A stretch of DNA of 63,220 nucleotides, counting the filler, from Welwitschia mirabilis (Eukaryota): assembly GCA_051453625.1 (NCBI GenBank). It is 5 parts of one record of this genome, joined end to end, with 100 filler letters (N's around TTAATTAATTAA, not from the genome) between each part and the next. Parts side by side here need not be neighbours in the genome. Positions count along the whole stretch, not along the records: positions 33,236 to 53,175 come from JBOZIK010000001.1; positions 53,276 to 58,732 come from JBOZIK010000001.1; positions 58,833 to 63,220 come from JBOZIK010000001.1; 2 more parts are not named here. The stretch is one strand, 5' to 3'. Position numbers and translations under genes: made by a program. Positions 51,401 to 63,220 of this stretch are shown piece after piece (within the stretch, counting starts at the first letter, position 1; every line of letters starts with the position of its first letter). Under the pieces are notes generated by a model. It did no database searches. It was not told the origin of the DNA and saw only the letters and a program-made list of their open reading frames with translations.

Positions 51401-53175
51401 TCTCATGTCCATATTTAAAGATAATTTATCAAGGATAATAGACTTAAGAAAAACTTTATGTAATTAAGAATTCATACCAAGGTTTTACAATGAACCACTG
51501 CAATAAAAATTTCCACCTTTGTACAATAATAATATGCAAAAATTCAGGTTCATTCCAAAAAGGTTCTCAAGAATCCACAAATTTTTCCATTCAATATTCA
51601 ATAAAATATTTCATAAACACATAGGCAAGGATTTGAGATTTTTAACAAATTTCATCAGATAAAAATTAGAAAGTGTAACCTTCAATAAATAAATTTTATT
51701 TTAGAAAGGAAAATCATTATTCCATAAAAATGCAAGCCATACATTACAAATGAATAGAATCTGTCTCTCATCAAAATAACACTTAACATATTGATTGTTT
51801 ATGTAATTAAGTAATTGACTCCAATAGCTCAATGAAATACAATAAATTAGGAGATTTTTCCACCATTATAGATTCAATGATCTATCATGAACTCATGCCA
51901 TCTCAGTAATCAGATGCCAGATTTTTCACCTATCAGAAGAAAAATATGAAATGAGAAATGTCAAAATTTCATAGCCCCCAGTATGGCCTAGACAAGTAGT
52001 CTGGTAAGATTTTTCAAGGATTAAGATAGAAAGAAAACAGTTCAAAATTTACAAGAAATCTAAAACATATAAAAATAATGATCTTATGGTTATGAATGAG
52101 AATATCATATATATATATATATAATCTTAATATTAACTTCACTACTTTATTTAGTGACCTGTGAAGCCCACTGCCTCATTCGGCAATCTGTGATTCTTAT
52201 ATAATATTTAACTTCACTACCTCATTTAGTGATCTATGGTACTCATAATAATATATATAAGATCTCATTTATCATTAACTTCACTGCCTTGTTCGGCGAT
52301 CTGTAAAGCCCACTACCTCATTTGGCAATCTGTGATAATATAATATCTCCACTGCCTCATTTGATGATTTGTGGGATTCTCTCTTTACTACCTCATTCAG
52401 CAATCTATGAAGTCCATTGCCTCATTCAAAAATCTATGGAAAATCCATAAACATAAGTCTAACAAGATGATATCACAAAGTCAAGAGAAGATTAACCATG
52501 ATAAACACATTGACAAGACTTCAAAAATAGATTACAAGATGGGTACAATGGATTTAAGTATAAGTTTTCATCTCATACTAAGAAAGATAACCTCAGGATA
52601 TCAAGAAAAAGGATAATCAATATGAGACATCAGCATAGATTTTATCTCATTCAAGCATTACATGATTTAATATTCATCATATAGGATTATAAATACACAT
52701 GAATTTCAATAAACAAATCTACAAGCAAGGACCATCAAGAAAATACAGAAGTATAGAATTATACATAACATGATGATTTTAACACAGAATGCATAAGAAA
52801 GGACTAATAAAGAAAAAATAATGTATAGAACCATATAATAAACATGACAATATCAATACAAAATGCATAATAAAGGACCAACAAGAAAAGATGAAGGTAA
52901 GGGACTATATAATAAATATAACTCTTAGTACAGAATGCATAAGAAAGGACAATAAGGAAGCACGAAGGTAAGGAACTATACCGATTTTCAAGAAGAGTTT
53001 AAGATCTTTGCTAGTCTTCAAAGCTTTTTCAGCTTCAATACTTAGTAGTAAAAGGTTCTCTAAAAATGAAAGTAAGATAAAAGGAGGAGGATAATTCTAT
53101 TTATAATCAAGGTTGGGTGGAATGCAAAGAGTCATAAGAATATGAAGAAAAATGAAAGTTGGAAAATATTCCTTA
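51401..53175 (-). repeat. Second Tekay-type LTR (partial)
   Basis: 52125-53170 is collinear with 33236-34450. TCTCATGTCCATATTT at 51401 resembles the inverted terminus of 34852-34867. Left boundary is tentative. Confidence 0.75.
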
Positions 53176-53219
53176 NNNNNNNNNNNNNNNNNNNNNNNNN
53201 NNNNNNNNNNNNNNNNNNN

Positions 53220-53231
53220 TTAATTAATTAA
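53220..53231. other. Artificial scaffold spacer TTAATTAATTAA
   Basis: Centred in a 100-bp N block. Confidence 0.97.
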
Positions 53232-53275
53232 NNNNNNNNNNNNNNNNNNNNNNNNNNNNNNNNNNNNNNNNNNNN

Positions 53276-53436
53276 GTACATAAGTAGGGAACTTTGGGTC
53301 TTTGAAACCGCAACGTTGAGCTACGTAGACTTTATTAATATAACCATTTACGAAGGCACCTTTTACATCCATTTGAAAAAGTCAAATCTCTTGGTAGTAA
53401 GCAAAAGCTAGAAGCATGCATATGGCTTCCAATCTG
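53276..53436 (-). pseudogene. pol: Ty1/copia reverse transcriptase fragment
   Basis: 'RLEAICMLLAFAYYQEI*LFQMDVKGAFVNGYINKVYVAQRCGFKDPKFPTYV'. Confidence 0.9.
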
Positions 53437-53440
53437 TTCT

Positions 53441-53633
53441 TGTGGAAGAATCTGTCGAAGTGTCCAGTGTTTCAATGATGTTGTAGCCTAGGCAGTGGCT
53501 TCACCAAAATTGTGCAAATCAGAAGTTGTGCTATCCGGGACGTCCGAGTTGTGTCACTGGGACGTCTGACCCTGTACGCAGTTAAATGTATGGGGATGTC
53601 CGAAGTTTGTAATTGGGACGTTCGACCCTGTAC
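53441..53633 (+). repeat. 5' end of a SIRE-C family LTR
   Basis: Starts TGTGGAAGAATCTGTC; homologous to 54353-54545. Confidence 0.8.
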
Positions 53634-53733
53634 NNNNNNNNNNNNNNNNNNNNNNNNNNNNNNNNNNNNNNNNNNNNNNNNNNNNNNNNNNNNNNNNNNN
53701 NNNNNNNNNNNNNNNNNNNNNNNNNNNNNNNNN

Positions 53734-54352
53734 AGGATAAGCATTTAAATTTCTCGACATCGTCACGAAGAGGTAGGTCAAAAAGGTTTTGGATTTCACA
53801 TTTCTTATTTGCAATAAATTCTTTAAGGGTGACATTAGCATTTTGGTTTATAGGGGTAGTTGTAGAGGTTCCGATAACAATAAGGGAGATTAGGCAAAGC
53901 AACCTGTTTCTGTTTTTGCGACGAGTTCAACATTGTGATAAAACAACTTTCTTCTAAACTATTTTTTAAAAAATTTTCTTTTGAAAAATCAAATTCTGAA
54001 ATAATAAATGCAGAAAAATCTTCCTGTTCAACTCTTCAAATATTTTGCATACCTAGGGTGTGCGTACCTAGGTTAAGTTCATAGTCGACCAAACCTTCTC
54101 GGATGTTTTCTTGATTAATAGCCGCTCTCTTTGATATTTCGCCTTTTTACCAGAATTCACCATATCCCAGCATGCTTAGTTTTGTTTCTATATGTGTTGT
54201 CTTTGGAGTTGTCCAGACGTTGTACCTGGATGACAGCACATACAAAAAACCCAAAAAAGAAAAATGCAAAAAAACAAAATCACAAAATAACACAAAATAA
54301 AAATAGACGGTCGTCCGCTGAGTCGTCTAGACAACAGAGAGGACGATAAAAA
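53734..54352 (-). mobile_element. Athila-family 5' UTR and gag start (inverted, less-decayed homologue of 28500-28960)
   Basis: 'NANVTLKEFIANKKCEIQNLFDLPLRDDVE' versus 'NAYVTLK*IIGNKKCEIQIPSDLPLGDDVE' at 28844-28934. Confidence 0.8.
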
Positions 54353-55443
54353 TATGGAATAATCTGTCAAAGTGTCCAATATTTCAATGATGTTGAAGGA
54401 TAGGCAGTGGCTTCACCAAAATTATGCAAATCAACAGTTGTGCCATCCAGGACGTCCAAGTTATGTCACCAAGATGTCCGGCCCTATACGCGGTTAAATG
54501 TATGGGAACGTCCGCAGTTTGCAATTGGGATGTCTGACCTTGTACGCAGTTAAATCTATGGGGACGTCCGAGGTCTGTCACCAAGACGTTCGACCCTGCA
54601 CACGGGAAAAATATATGGGACGTCCGAGTTTTGCCACAGAGACGTCTGACCTTGTTTTCGGGATTCTAGTATGGGGATGTCTGAGTTCTAAACCGGGATG
54701 TCTGAGACTCTTCTCAGTTTTGATAGGAATTTGATGTTACAACTGGAACGTACGGCCTAAAAAGTTGGGACGTCCAGCTCGGTGAACGTTAAAGCAAAAT
54801 ATGAATGTTGCAGCTGCCAAAGTGACGCTATTCAATCTTCTAATGGATAGGGCTATGGCACAAACATCTAGGGTTGCGATTCAAATGGCAAGGGCTTCAA
54901 TCTTGAGGCTCCAACAACTATCTTATAACCTTAAGCTATAAAAAGCTAGAATCACTTTCTGTAATGGCCAATGCTCCATGATTGTATTGTTCTAAAATCT
55001 GAGATTTACTTATAATCTATACTTCACTAAGTTATCACTTGTAATTGGAGATCTTGTGTTTACTTGCTGTTGTGTTGTGCTAAAGGCATCTACATCATCA
55101 GACTTCATTATTCCTATTCTTTCCTATGGCTCTTTGGAGTGAGCCTGTTCATCCCAAGAGAAGGGATAGTTTGTAACCCTTGGAGAAGGGTGTTGTACTT
55201 TGCCAAAGCTGTTGGGTGTTGGTTAAGGGAACTAGGAGGCTGAAAGCACATTGCTACCCCTATGAGCGGAGTAGGCAAGGATTGCCGAACCACTATAAAT
55301 CCGGTGCATTAGTCATTTGATTTTCCATGTGCTATTTTTGTGTTATTTTCTTGTTAGTGCAAAATCTAATTTTGATTGTTTTTTAGCAATATTTTTTAAT
55401 TTACCTTATTCACCCCTCCTCTAGGTGCCTATCGATCCTAACA
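54353..55443 (+). repeat. SIRE-C 5' LTR (~1.09 kb) with GGACGTCC palindrome cluster and TATA box
   Basis: Repeated GG(G/A)ACGTCCGA-like motifs at 54449-54778; CTATAAAA at ~54936; C-rich end and terminal CA. Confidence 0.85.
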
Positions 55444-55445
55444 AT

Positions 55446-55458
55446 CAGTATCAGAGCC
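55446..55458 (+). promoter_or_regulatory. Primer-binding site, tRNA-iMet variant
   Basis: CAGTATCAGAGCC 2 nt after the LTR CA. Confidence 0.85.
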
Positions 55459-55506
55459 TGGTTGCTCTAGATTAGTGCTTTTTGTGTGCTTTTTTAGGAA
55501 AAATTC

Positions 55507-57090
55507 ATGGCATCCTCAAGTCACTCAGAAGGTCATCCAGTCTTCAGGCCACCCTTCTTTGACAGGAACAACTACGCTCATTGAAACTCCAAAATGAGTA
55601 TTTTTCTGACATCTCTGCCTCCTGACATCTGGGACTTGCTAGAGTTTGGATACCAACCTTCTACTAAGATTGATATAACTGGAACAGTTACCTTAAAGAT
55701 CAGAGGTGAATGGGATAAAGATGACAAGAGAGTAGTTTAGAACAATGCCAAGGCAATGAATGCAATAATCTTTGCCTTGTCAACTGAGGAGCATGACCGG
55801 ATTGTATAGTGTACCAGTGTGCTAAAGAAATGTGGATACTCTAAAAGTGGCACATAAAGGTACGAACATTGTGAAGAATTCTAAGCTTCAACTTCAAGCC
55901 ACCAAATTTTAGAATATTAGAATGGAAGAATCAGAGTCAGTGGCGAATTCACAACGAAGATAAGTAACAATATGTTGGGCTTGAGTGAAAGGATTCCTGA
56001 GAATCATGTTGTAAGGAAGATTTTAAGAAGCCTCACTTTGAAATTTAGACCAAAAGTAACAACTATAGAAGAAAGCAAGGATATTGATAGAATGAAGGTG
56101 GAAGAGCTAAAAGGATCCTTGATGGCATATGAAGCAACTGTCCTACCAGAAGAGGAAACTCCAAGACAAAAAGGCATTGGACTGAAAGCAAATGATGAGT
56201 CAAATGACAGTAGCTCAAATGAAGATAATCTTAATGAAGACCTCACCCTTCTCACCAGAAACTTCAAACGGTTCTTACACAAGAAGACTGATTCAAAGTT
56301 CTCCAAAAGATTGACGAAAGGTAAAATGGACAAAGGTAAGAAATCATATTCAATTCAATGTTATGAATGCAAGGGTTTTGGACATGCAGCTACAGATTGT
56401 GCAAACAACAACAAAAAGAATAAAAGAGAAGGGGAGGAAAGTGTTGAAAGCCACATGGGATGAGCCAGAAGATGAACAAATGGACTCAAGCGATTATGAT
56501 GACATGGTGAACTTTGTTCTTCTCGCTATTACAGAAGAGGTAAGTATTTCTACTTCTTCTAGTCATTTAAATCTTGAACATGTTTCTAGCTCTAAACACG
56601 TTTCTTCTAAAAATGTTTCTCTCGATTGTAATGATTTAGATGTTGACGGACTGTTAGATGCTTATGAAAAATTGTATTCATTCAACGTTGGCTTAGGAAA
56701 GAAAAATGCATGTTTTAGAAAAATGATGGATAGCTTAGAATGCAAATTAAAGGAAGCAAATGAAAAGATTAAGTCGTTAATTTTTGAACTACGAGACACT
56801 AAAGTGATTGCAATTCGTTTAACTAGAGGAAACGATAATTTAAATAAACTATTGGGATCAGTACGTAATCCTTGGGATAATTATAGACTGGGTTATACCA
56901 TATCTAGTTCTCCTATTTTTCAAAACTTTGGGCCTAGCACGAGATAAGAAAACTTTGCTACAGCTAGTCTCAAATGTTATTTTTGCAACAAAAATGGTCA
57001 TGTTCAATTTGCTTGTCCCTATAAGAAATCTCTCTATTTTAACTTAAACTTTGGCTTCAGATTTGTTAGGAAGTTCCCCCAACCTAGTTA
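55507..57090 (+). pseudogene. gag: SIRE-C gag (extended, two zinc knuckles)
   Basis: 'MASSSHSEGHPVFRPPFFDRNNYAH*', 'VVRKILRSL..KFRPKVTTIEESKD', 'CYECKGFGHAATDC', coiled-coil extension, 'CYFCNKNGHVQFAC'. Contains stops and frameshifts. Confidence 0.92.
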
Positions 57091-57178
57091 ACATCGTCAA
57101 GTTAAATCTCAATGGGTTAGAAAGAAGTTACCTTCTCTTTTCGCACATGCTGCCTTTAAAGCTCAAGATCGAACTAGG

Positions 57179-58732
57179 TGGTATTTAAATACTAGGTGCT
57201 TTAGGCACATGATAGGAGATAAAAACCTACTTTTGTCTTTTCAAGAGTACAATGGTGGAGAAGTGACGTTTGGTGATAACAGTAAGGGGTTTACTGTTGG
57301 AAAAGGTATTGTAAATGCCAGTGATAATCATCCAACGATTCACTATGTATACCTTGTCAATGGCCTGAAGCACAATCTTTTAAGTACATCCCATATTTGT
57401 GATAAAGGTAACATTGTATCATTTCATCAAGACAAGTGTGTTGTTTGTAATGTCATCACCAACAAAGTTGTGCTCACAAGTAGTAGATGTAGATGCATGT
57501 ATGTGATCGGGAAGAATAACAAAAAATTAAGCAAAGATCGTTATTTTGTCAAAAATGATGATATCAACCTATGGCATAAGAGACTGGGGCACATAAACCT
57601 TAAGGATTTATCCAAGATTTCGTTAAAAGAAATTGTGAGAGGAGTTCCTAAACTCAATATGGATCAAGTAAAGATGTGTGAGTCATGTGGTAAAGGAAAA
57701 ATAACTAAAACTCACTTTAAAAGCAAGATCCTCACAACTTCTATGAGACCTCTAGATCTGATCGGTACGGACTTAGTAGGACCGGTTCAAACGAGGAATA
57801 TGGGAGGGAGAAGATATTTTTTAGTCATGATTGATGATTTCTCTCGTTTTTGTTGGGTCTCTTTCTTAGTTAGCAAGGATGAAGCTTTTAATGCATTTGT
57901 TAAAGTTTGTAGAATAATACAAAATGAGAATAGATATGTTATTAAGACCATTCGATCTAATAGAGGAGGAGAGTTTGTTAATGAAAAATTTGAAAGTTTC
58001 TGTGATTCACATGGTATATCTCATCAACTCTCAGCTCTAAGAACCCCTTAACAAAATGGGGTAGCAGAAAGAAAGAATAGGGTTTTAATTGAAATGTCAA
58101 GGACCATGTTAAATGACAAAGTGCTTCCTCAACATTTTTGGGCAGAAGCGATCAACACTGCATGTTACATCAACAACAGAGTCTTCCTAAGACCAAACAC
58201 GGATAGAACGCCTTATGAGTTATGGATTAGAAAGAAACCCAATGTAAATTATTTCAAGGTGTTTGGAAATAAATGCTTAATCCTTAAGGATAACAGAGAA
58301 AATGGAAAATTTGAATCTAAAGCTAATGAAGAAACATTTCTAGGATATTCTATGACAAGTAAAGCCCATAGAGTTTACAACAAAGCATCCAGTAGAGTTG
58401 AAGAAACTGTTAATGCCAAGATAGATGATGATTACAACACTAAAACAACATCTGGTGACAGTGAAGACACTATTTTTGTTGAACCTTCTTCTTCCAAAAC
58501 TAACAATGATTCTTCTTCGAATGAAAAGGAGCAAGTCCAAAAACACTCTACTCTTCCCTTCAGAAACAAAAGAGATCATCTTCAAGAAAATGTCATAAGT
58601 ACTCTTGATCAAGGAACAACAGCAGGAAGTGGAAATGCTATAAGTAACAGTTTTCTATGTTTTCTCTCTACCTTAGAGCCTAAAACCTTTCAAGAAGTAG
58701 AGCAAGATGAATCATGGATATTGGCCATGCAA
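57179..58732 (+). pseudogene. pol: SIRE-C pol: protease, GAG-pre-integrase, integrase, RT start
   Basis: 'WYLNTRCFRHM', 'LWHKRLGH...CESCGKGK', 'TDLVGP...IDDFSRF...IRSNRGGEF...RTP*QNGVAERKN', 'EPKTFQE...WILAMQ'. Has an in-frame stop and D>N changes at catalytic positions. Confidence 0.95.
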
Positions 58733-58776
58733 NNNNNNNNNNNNNNNNNNNNNNNNNNNNNNNNNNNNNNNNNNNN

Positions 58777-58788
58777 TTAATTAATTAA
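58777..58788. other. Artificial scaffold spacer TTAATTAATTAA
   Basis: Centred in a 100-bp N block. Confidence 0.97.
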
Positions 58789-60149
58789 NNNNNNNNNNNN
58801 NNNNNNNNNNNNNNNNNNNNNNNNNNNNNNNNCACGTAGGGCTTAGGAACGCGCCACATATGTGGGTTCAAAATCACATTCTTGTCCTTGAAAATAATAA
58901 ACCACATCACCTTGAGGACTTGAGTTCAAAAATTCTCCAACCTCTTCCCTTGATAACTTCTTATGTAAAAAGTACTATCTTTTCCTCATTTGCTATATTA
59001 ACTTTACCATACACTTCCATTAATCATTCTTTTTCAAAATAAGATTTGAGATGTATTGGAATTATTCATTGGGAAAAACCTTATCTTCTTGATCCCAATC
59101 CATGTTTTGAATTAATAATCATAGAGATTCTTAGGTACATAAAGCCTATCTTAATCTCTCACCCTAAGAATTCTTTTACACTCTCTTTTTTACACCTTCC
59201 ATATTCAATATCAAACCTTAAATGCAATTTATGGTTTAAATCCTTCATATCATGAGTTTGTTAAGAGAATATTTTTCCATGAGTTATATGAATTCTTTGT
59301 CTCTTACTTTAATGCTTATGAAAACAAATTATCACATGCTCATTTAAAAAAGCCTTGTCTTTCTAAAAATTAATGTTCTAAATAAAATAATAGGAGATAT
59401 TTTGAAAATCCTTTAAAATCAAATTGGAAACCTTCCTTGAGTTCCTTTTCATACATCTTTCACAATAATATGTTTTATAAAGATCATTTTTCAATGGTAT
59501 CTATAATTCTTTTATCTCTTATATAAATTCTAAAAATTATGCTATCAAAGCATTATCTTTTTATTCTCTTCCCTCCCAATTAATTTTATTGAAAAATAAT
59601 TACATACCTTTTATGTTTATCAATTCGTGAATATCTGGTTTGGACCACATTTTTCTGAAGTTTTTGAAACCATGTTCTTTTTGCTTTCTTTATTTTCTTT
59701 TCTTTTCATTTGAAAGTGTGTTTTAGGTTTAGGATTTGAATAAAAGTTTACTTGCTTTGTTGTTCTATTCCCAGTTTTTGATCTTTAGAGTCTATATTTT
59801 TATTTTTTGTTCTCTATTTTTTGTTTATATTTGCAGTTTTTATTTTCTATTTTTTTTGCAAAAATAATATACAACAGTAAATTTTTTTAGTTTTTCTATT
59901 TTTCTATTAATTTTCTGTGTTTTGTTTCTTTTAGCTGTGTGTGTCATCCTCTCTATTGTTTGGATGATGAAAACGATGTCAATTAATGAAAAGTTTTTTT
60001 TGCTTTCTGTTATTATAAGAAAATACATTTTTATGACTCTGTTGAGATTTCTAACTTAACTACTTGAGAATTGTAGGAAGTAAATGGGAAAAAATTGGAA
60101 TTTCATGAGTAAACCATCTGAATTTTCTCTTAGTCTTTTTCCTTTTAAA

Positions 60150-60427
60150 GATTATTGTGGTATTACTTGATCATATTTCAAACTTAACCTATGTATTTAT
60201 TTTCATGACTAGTATTTTTAACTTGATCATTGTAGTGGTAAGATTGAATTACCTAATCTTAGGACATTCACAAGTTCATGAACTTTAATTAAAGGAAGAT
60301 GTCTTATTTTTTATGCTTTTTTCTTTGGTGAAAGGGTCTTAGATTATTTGAGAGTATTTATTTCTGTCCTAATTCTTTTGACTTTTAGCTTTTATTTTGA
60401 AGTTATTAATCATGTGGAATGTTATTT

Positions 60428-60495
<68 letters not shown>

Positions 60496-63220
60496 NNNNN
60501 NNNNNNNNNNNNNNNNNNNNNNNNNNNNNNNNNNNNNNNNNNNNNNNNNNNNNNNNNNNNNNNNNNNNNNNNNNNNNNNNNNNNNNNNNNNNNNNNNNNN
60601 NNNNNNNNNNNNNNNNNNNNNNNNNNNNNNNNNNNNNNNNNNNNNNNNNNNNNNNNNNNNNNNNNNNNNNNNNNNNNNNNNNNNNNNNNNNNNNNNNNNN
60701 NNNNNNNNNNNNNNNNNNNNNNNNNNNNNNNNNNNNNNNNNNNNNNNNNNNNNNNNNNNNNNNNNNNNNNNNNNNNNNNNNNNNNNNNNNNNNNNNNNNN
60801 NNNNNNNNNNNNNNNNNNNNNNNNNNNNNNNNNNNNNNNNNNNNNNNNNNNNNNNNNNNNNNNNNNNNNNNNNNNNNNNNNNNNNNNNNNNNNNNNNNNN
60901 NNNNNNNNNNNNNNNNNNNNNNNNNNNNNNNNNNNNNNNNNNNNNNNNNNNNNNNNNNNNNNNNNNNNNNNNNNNNNNNNNNNNNNNNNNNNNNNNNNNN
61001 NNNNNNNNNNNNNNNNNNNNNNNNNNNNNNNNNNNNNNNNNNNNNNNNNNNNNNNNNNNNNNNNNNNNNNNNNNNNNNNNNNNNNNNNNNNNNNNNNNNN
61101 NNNNNNNNNNNNNNNNNNNNNNNNNNNNNNNNNNNNNNNNNNNNNNNNNNNNNNNNNNNNNNNNNNNNNNNNNNNNNNNNNNNNNNNNNNNNNNNNNNNN
61201 NNNNNNNNNNNNNNNNNNNNNNNNNNNNNNNNNNNNNNNNNNNNNNNNNNNNNNNNNNNNNNNNNNNNNNNNNNNNNNNNNNNNNNNNNNNNNNNNNNNN
61301 NNNNNNNNNNNNNNNNNNNNNNNNNNNNNNNNNNNNNNNNNNNNNNNNNNNNNNNNNNNNNNNNNNNNNNNNNNNNNNNNNNNNNNNNNNNNNNNNNNNN
61401 NNNNNNNNNNNNNNNNNNNNNNNNNNNNNNNNNNNNNNNNNNNNNNNNNNNNNNNNNNNNNNNNNNNNNNNNNNNNNNNNNNNNNAAACATGGTCACCAT
61501 GATGTCCTACCATAAGTACAACGAGACAAATATTTCCAAGAGAATCCTTTGGTAGTATAATATGGTAGCTATGGAAACTCCACTAAGAGGTTAGTTGGCT
61601 ATGCTTCGCAATTCCTTACTTTTGTAACAGTGGTTTCACTTCCCTCATCATGGGTAATAAAGTTATATTTAAAACTTTGAGGCTATGGGATCAGTGGTGT
61701 TCCTAGTGTTATTAGAGGCATTGCTTATTTTCTAGGCTCTTAGTGTTTCCACATGGTCATTTCATTTCTTAAGATTTTAGTGTTTATTTTGAGATGACAG
61801 TAAGAGAGTTTATTTTTGAGTAATTCTTTGGTTACATCATTCATTATTTAAAGCATATTACTTTAGCATTGTCATAATCATTTCCTTATTGAATGGACTT
61901 TTTATACATTAAGTCATGCATTTTTTACATCAAGTAATGTTATGATTACTTTCATTGGAAATTGCCAAGCTAAAATGTTAGATTGGTAAGCTATCTTTTG
62001 TTTATGTTATCTTATGCCCATTATTCTTATTTTCTTTTGTAGTTTGGTTCGTTATTTCAAAGTTATTACCATATTTTCTTAGCATATTTTGCCAATTTAG
62101 TTTTCAATAAAAGATAATTTCTTATTTAGATTTGTATTTTAGATTTTTGGTGTGGTAAAGCTCTACTCATTTTTTTTTTTTTTTTAATGATGAAACACTA
62201 TCTATTCACTTGTTAGAGTATTTCATAACTCTATATTTTTCAAATTTGACATTACTCTGCTTTGCACTTTGGTTTGAAAGTTGTCCTCATTTTTATTTCT
62301 TGATTTCCCACTCCCGTTTAATATTCTTTGCTTTATTTTCCAATACAAGACATATTGCCTTTTCTCTGGGGAGGAACAGATAATCATTTATATGGCTTAT
62401 TTTTCAAAAATTTTAAAACTTTTATGACATAAAATTTTCAAATTTTTTCTTACACATTGTGCATTACTTGTTATCTACCCATATGATGTGTTTTTATGAG
62501 CCTATTTTTATGCTTTTTAGATTTATCTTTTGAAAGTAAATTGGCTCACAATTATGGTTTTTCCACTAGTTTTTGTTAGGGACTGATAAAGCCTAAGTGA
62601 GAGGCTATGTTGCACTTCCAATTTATGGTTATTTGATGGGTGTTATGAGTTGTTTTGCAAAACTTTTATACAAGTTTTAATGTAATTTTAAGGATTTTGG
62701 AGATACAAGAGGAAATATTAGAAAAGTACAGATATTATTCAAATTTATCCTAAAAAAGGGCATTAAAGAAGACCATCGTCCCCTTTATCACCCACACGAT
62801 AGTCAGGATGATGACAGCCTAGGTGGACTACTAAGTCATCACTACTAGATCTATTATCTGTCTTGTCATCCAGACGATAATCTAAACAACACTGTCATGT
62901 AACTATCATTAACAAATTCTCTTAGTTATTTTGTCTATTTCTAAGTTTTAAATGAGCATGTATAACTGCACCTTCTGTCTATCCATTTCTGTTGTATTTT
63001 TCCTATAAATAAGGCCCTTTCCTACTCTTCTATCCATCTTTGATAGACCAAAGATTCTCGTGATAGGAGAGCAAAGGATAAGAGATCCATCTTTATGAGT
63101 TACAGAAAGACGAGCACTTGGTAGAGGGTTGAGTATTCTCTATTGAGACCTAGCTATTTTGTAACCAAGATGATTATTACCACTTTAATATAAATCTTGG
63201 TTTTCTTTATTTTTATATTT
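60150..63220 (+). mobile_element. Athila-type element 3: 3' non-coding region, PPT and 3' LTR (from 62608)
   Basis: 60150-60440 and 61487-61880 align with 21950-22785. PPT TAGGGACTGATAAAGCCTAAGTGAGAGGCTA is followed by TGTTGCAC; the LTR resembles 26053 onward. Confidence 0.8.
60436..60495 (+). repeat. (AG)n microsatellite running into a gap
   Basis: Direct reading. Confidence 0.97.

Larger units (their letters stand above)
54353..58732 (+). mobile_element. Sirevirus element C (younger): 5' LTR, PBS, gag-pol to the RT start; truncated by scaffold end
   Basis: LTR ends TATTCACCCCTCCTCTAGG...CCTAACA, followed by a PBS and long gag-pol ORFs. Confidence 0.95.

Noticed and set aside
53472..54734. 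Overlapping small ORFs with internal repeats
   Set aside because: By-products of the GC-rich GGACGTCC repeat cluster in SIRE-C LTRs.
57209..58780. SIRE-C as an active autonomous element
   Set aside because: In-frame stop at 58049, protease DSG changed to NTR, integrase SD changed to SN, and frameshifts in gag.
60348..61515. Long ORFs of 355-384 aa in the ORF track (also 37661-38557, 15429-16007, 21071-21653)
   Set aside because: They consist of N runs and microsatellite translation (RERE/LSLS) and are not coding evidence.

Overview
Gappy, very AT-rich plant nuclear sequence made almost entirely of nested, decayed LTR retrotransposons. I found no intact host gene, RNA gene or CRISPR array. 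Four artificial N44-TTAATTAATTAA-N44 spacers join five scaffolds (1-20102, 20203-33135, 33236-53175, 53276-58732, 58833-63220). Contents in order: (1) an old minus-strand Ty1/copia Sirevirus (SIRE) with an env-like ORF, followed by a ~1.2-kb tandem array of LTR-end+PBS+gag units; (2) an Athila-type Ty3/gypsy inserted in that array with a near-perfect TSD, and a second Athila gag-protease; (3) an orphan minus-strand env-like ORF; (4) an internally deleted Tekay-type chromovirus; (5) a TSD-bounded, three-LTR SIRE that lacks INT/RT/RH but keeps gag-PR and env, inserted into a probable plant mobile domain (PMD) pseudogene; (6) a younger plus-strand SIRE LTR-gag-pol; (7) the 3' end of a third Athila. 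All protein calls come from manual translation and motif recognition. No database searches were run, and identity figures are visual estimates.
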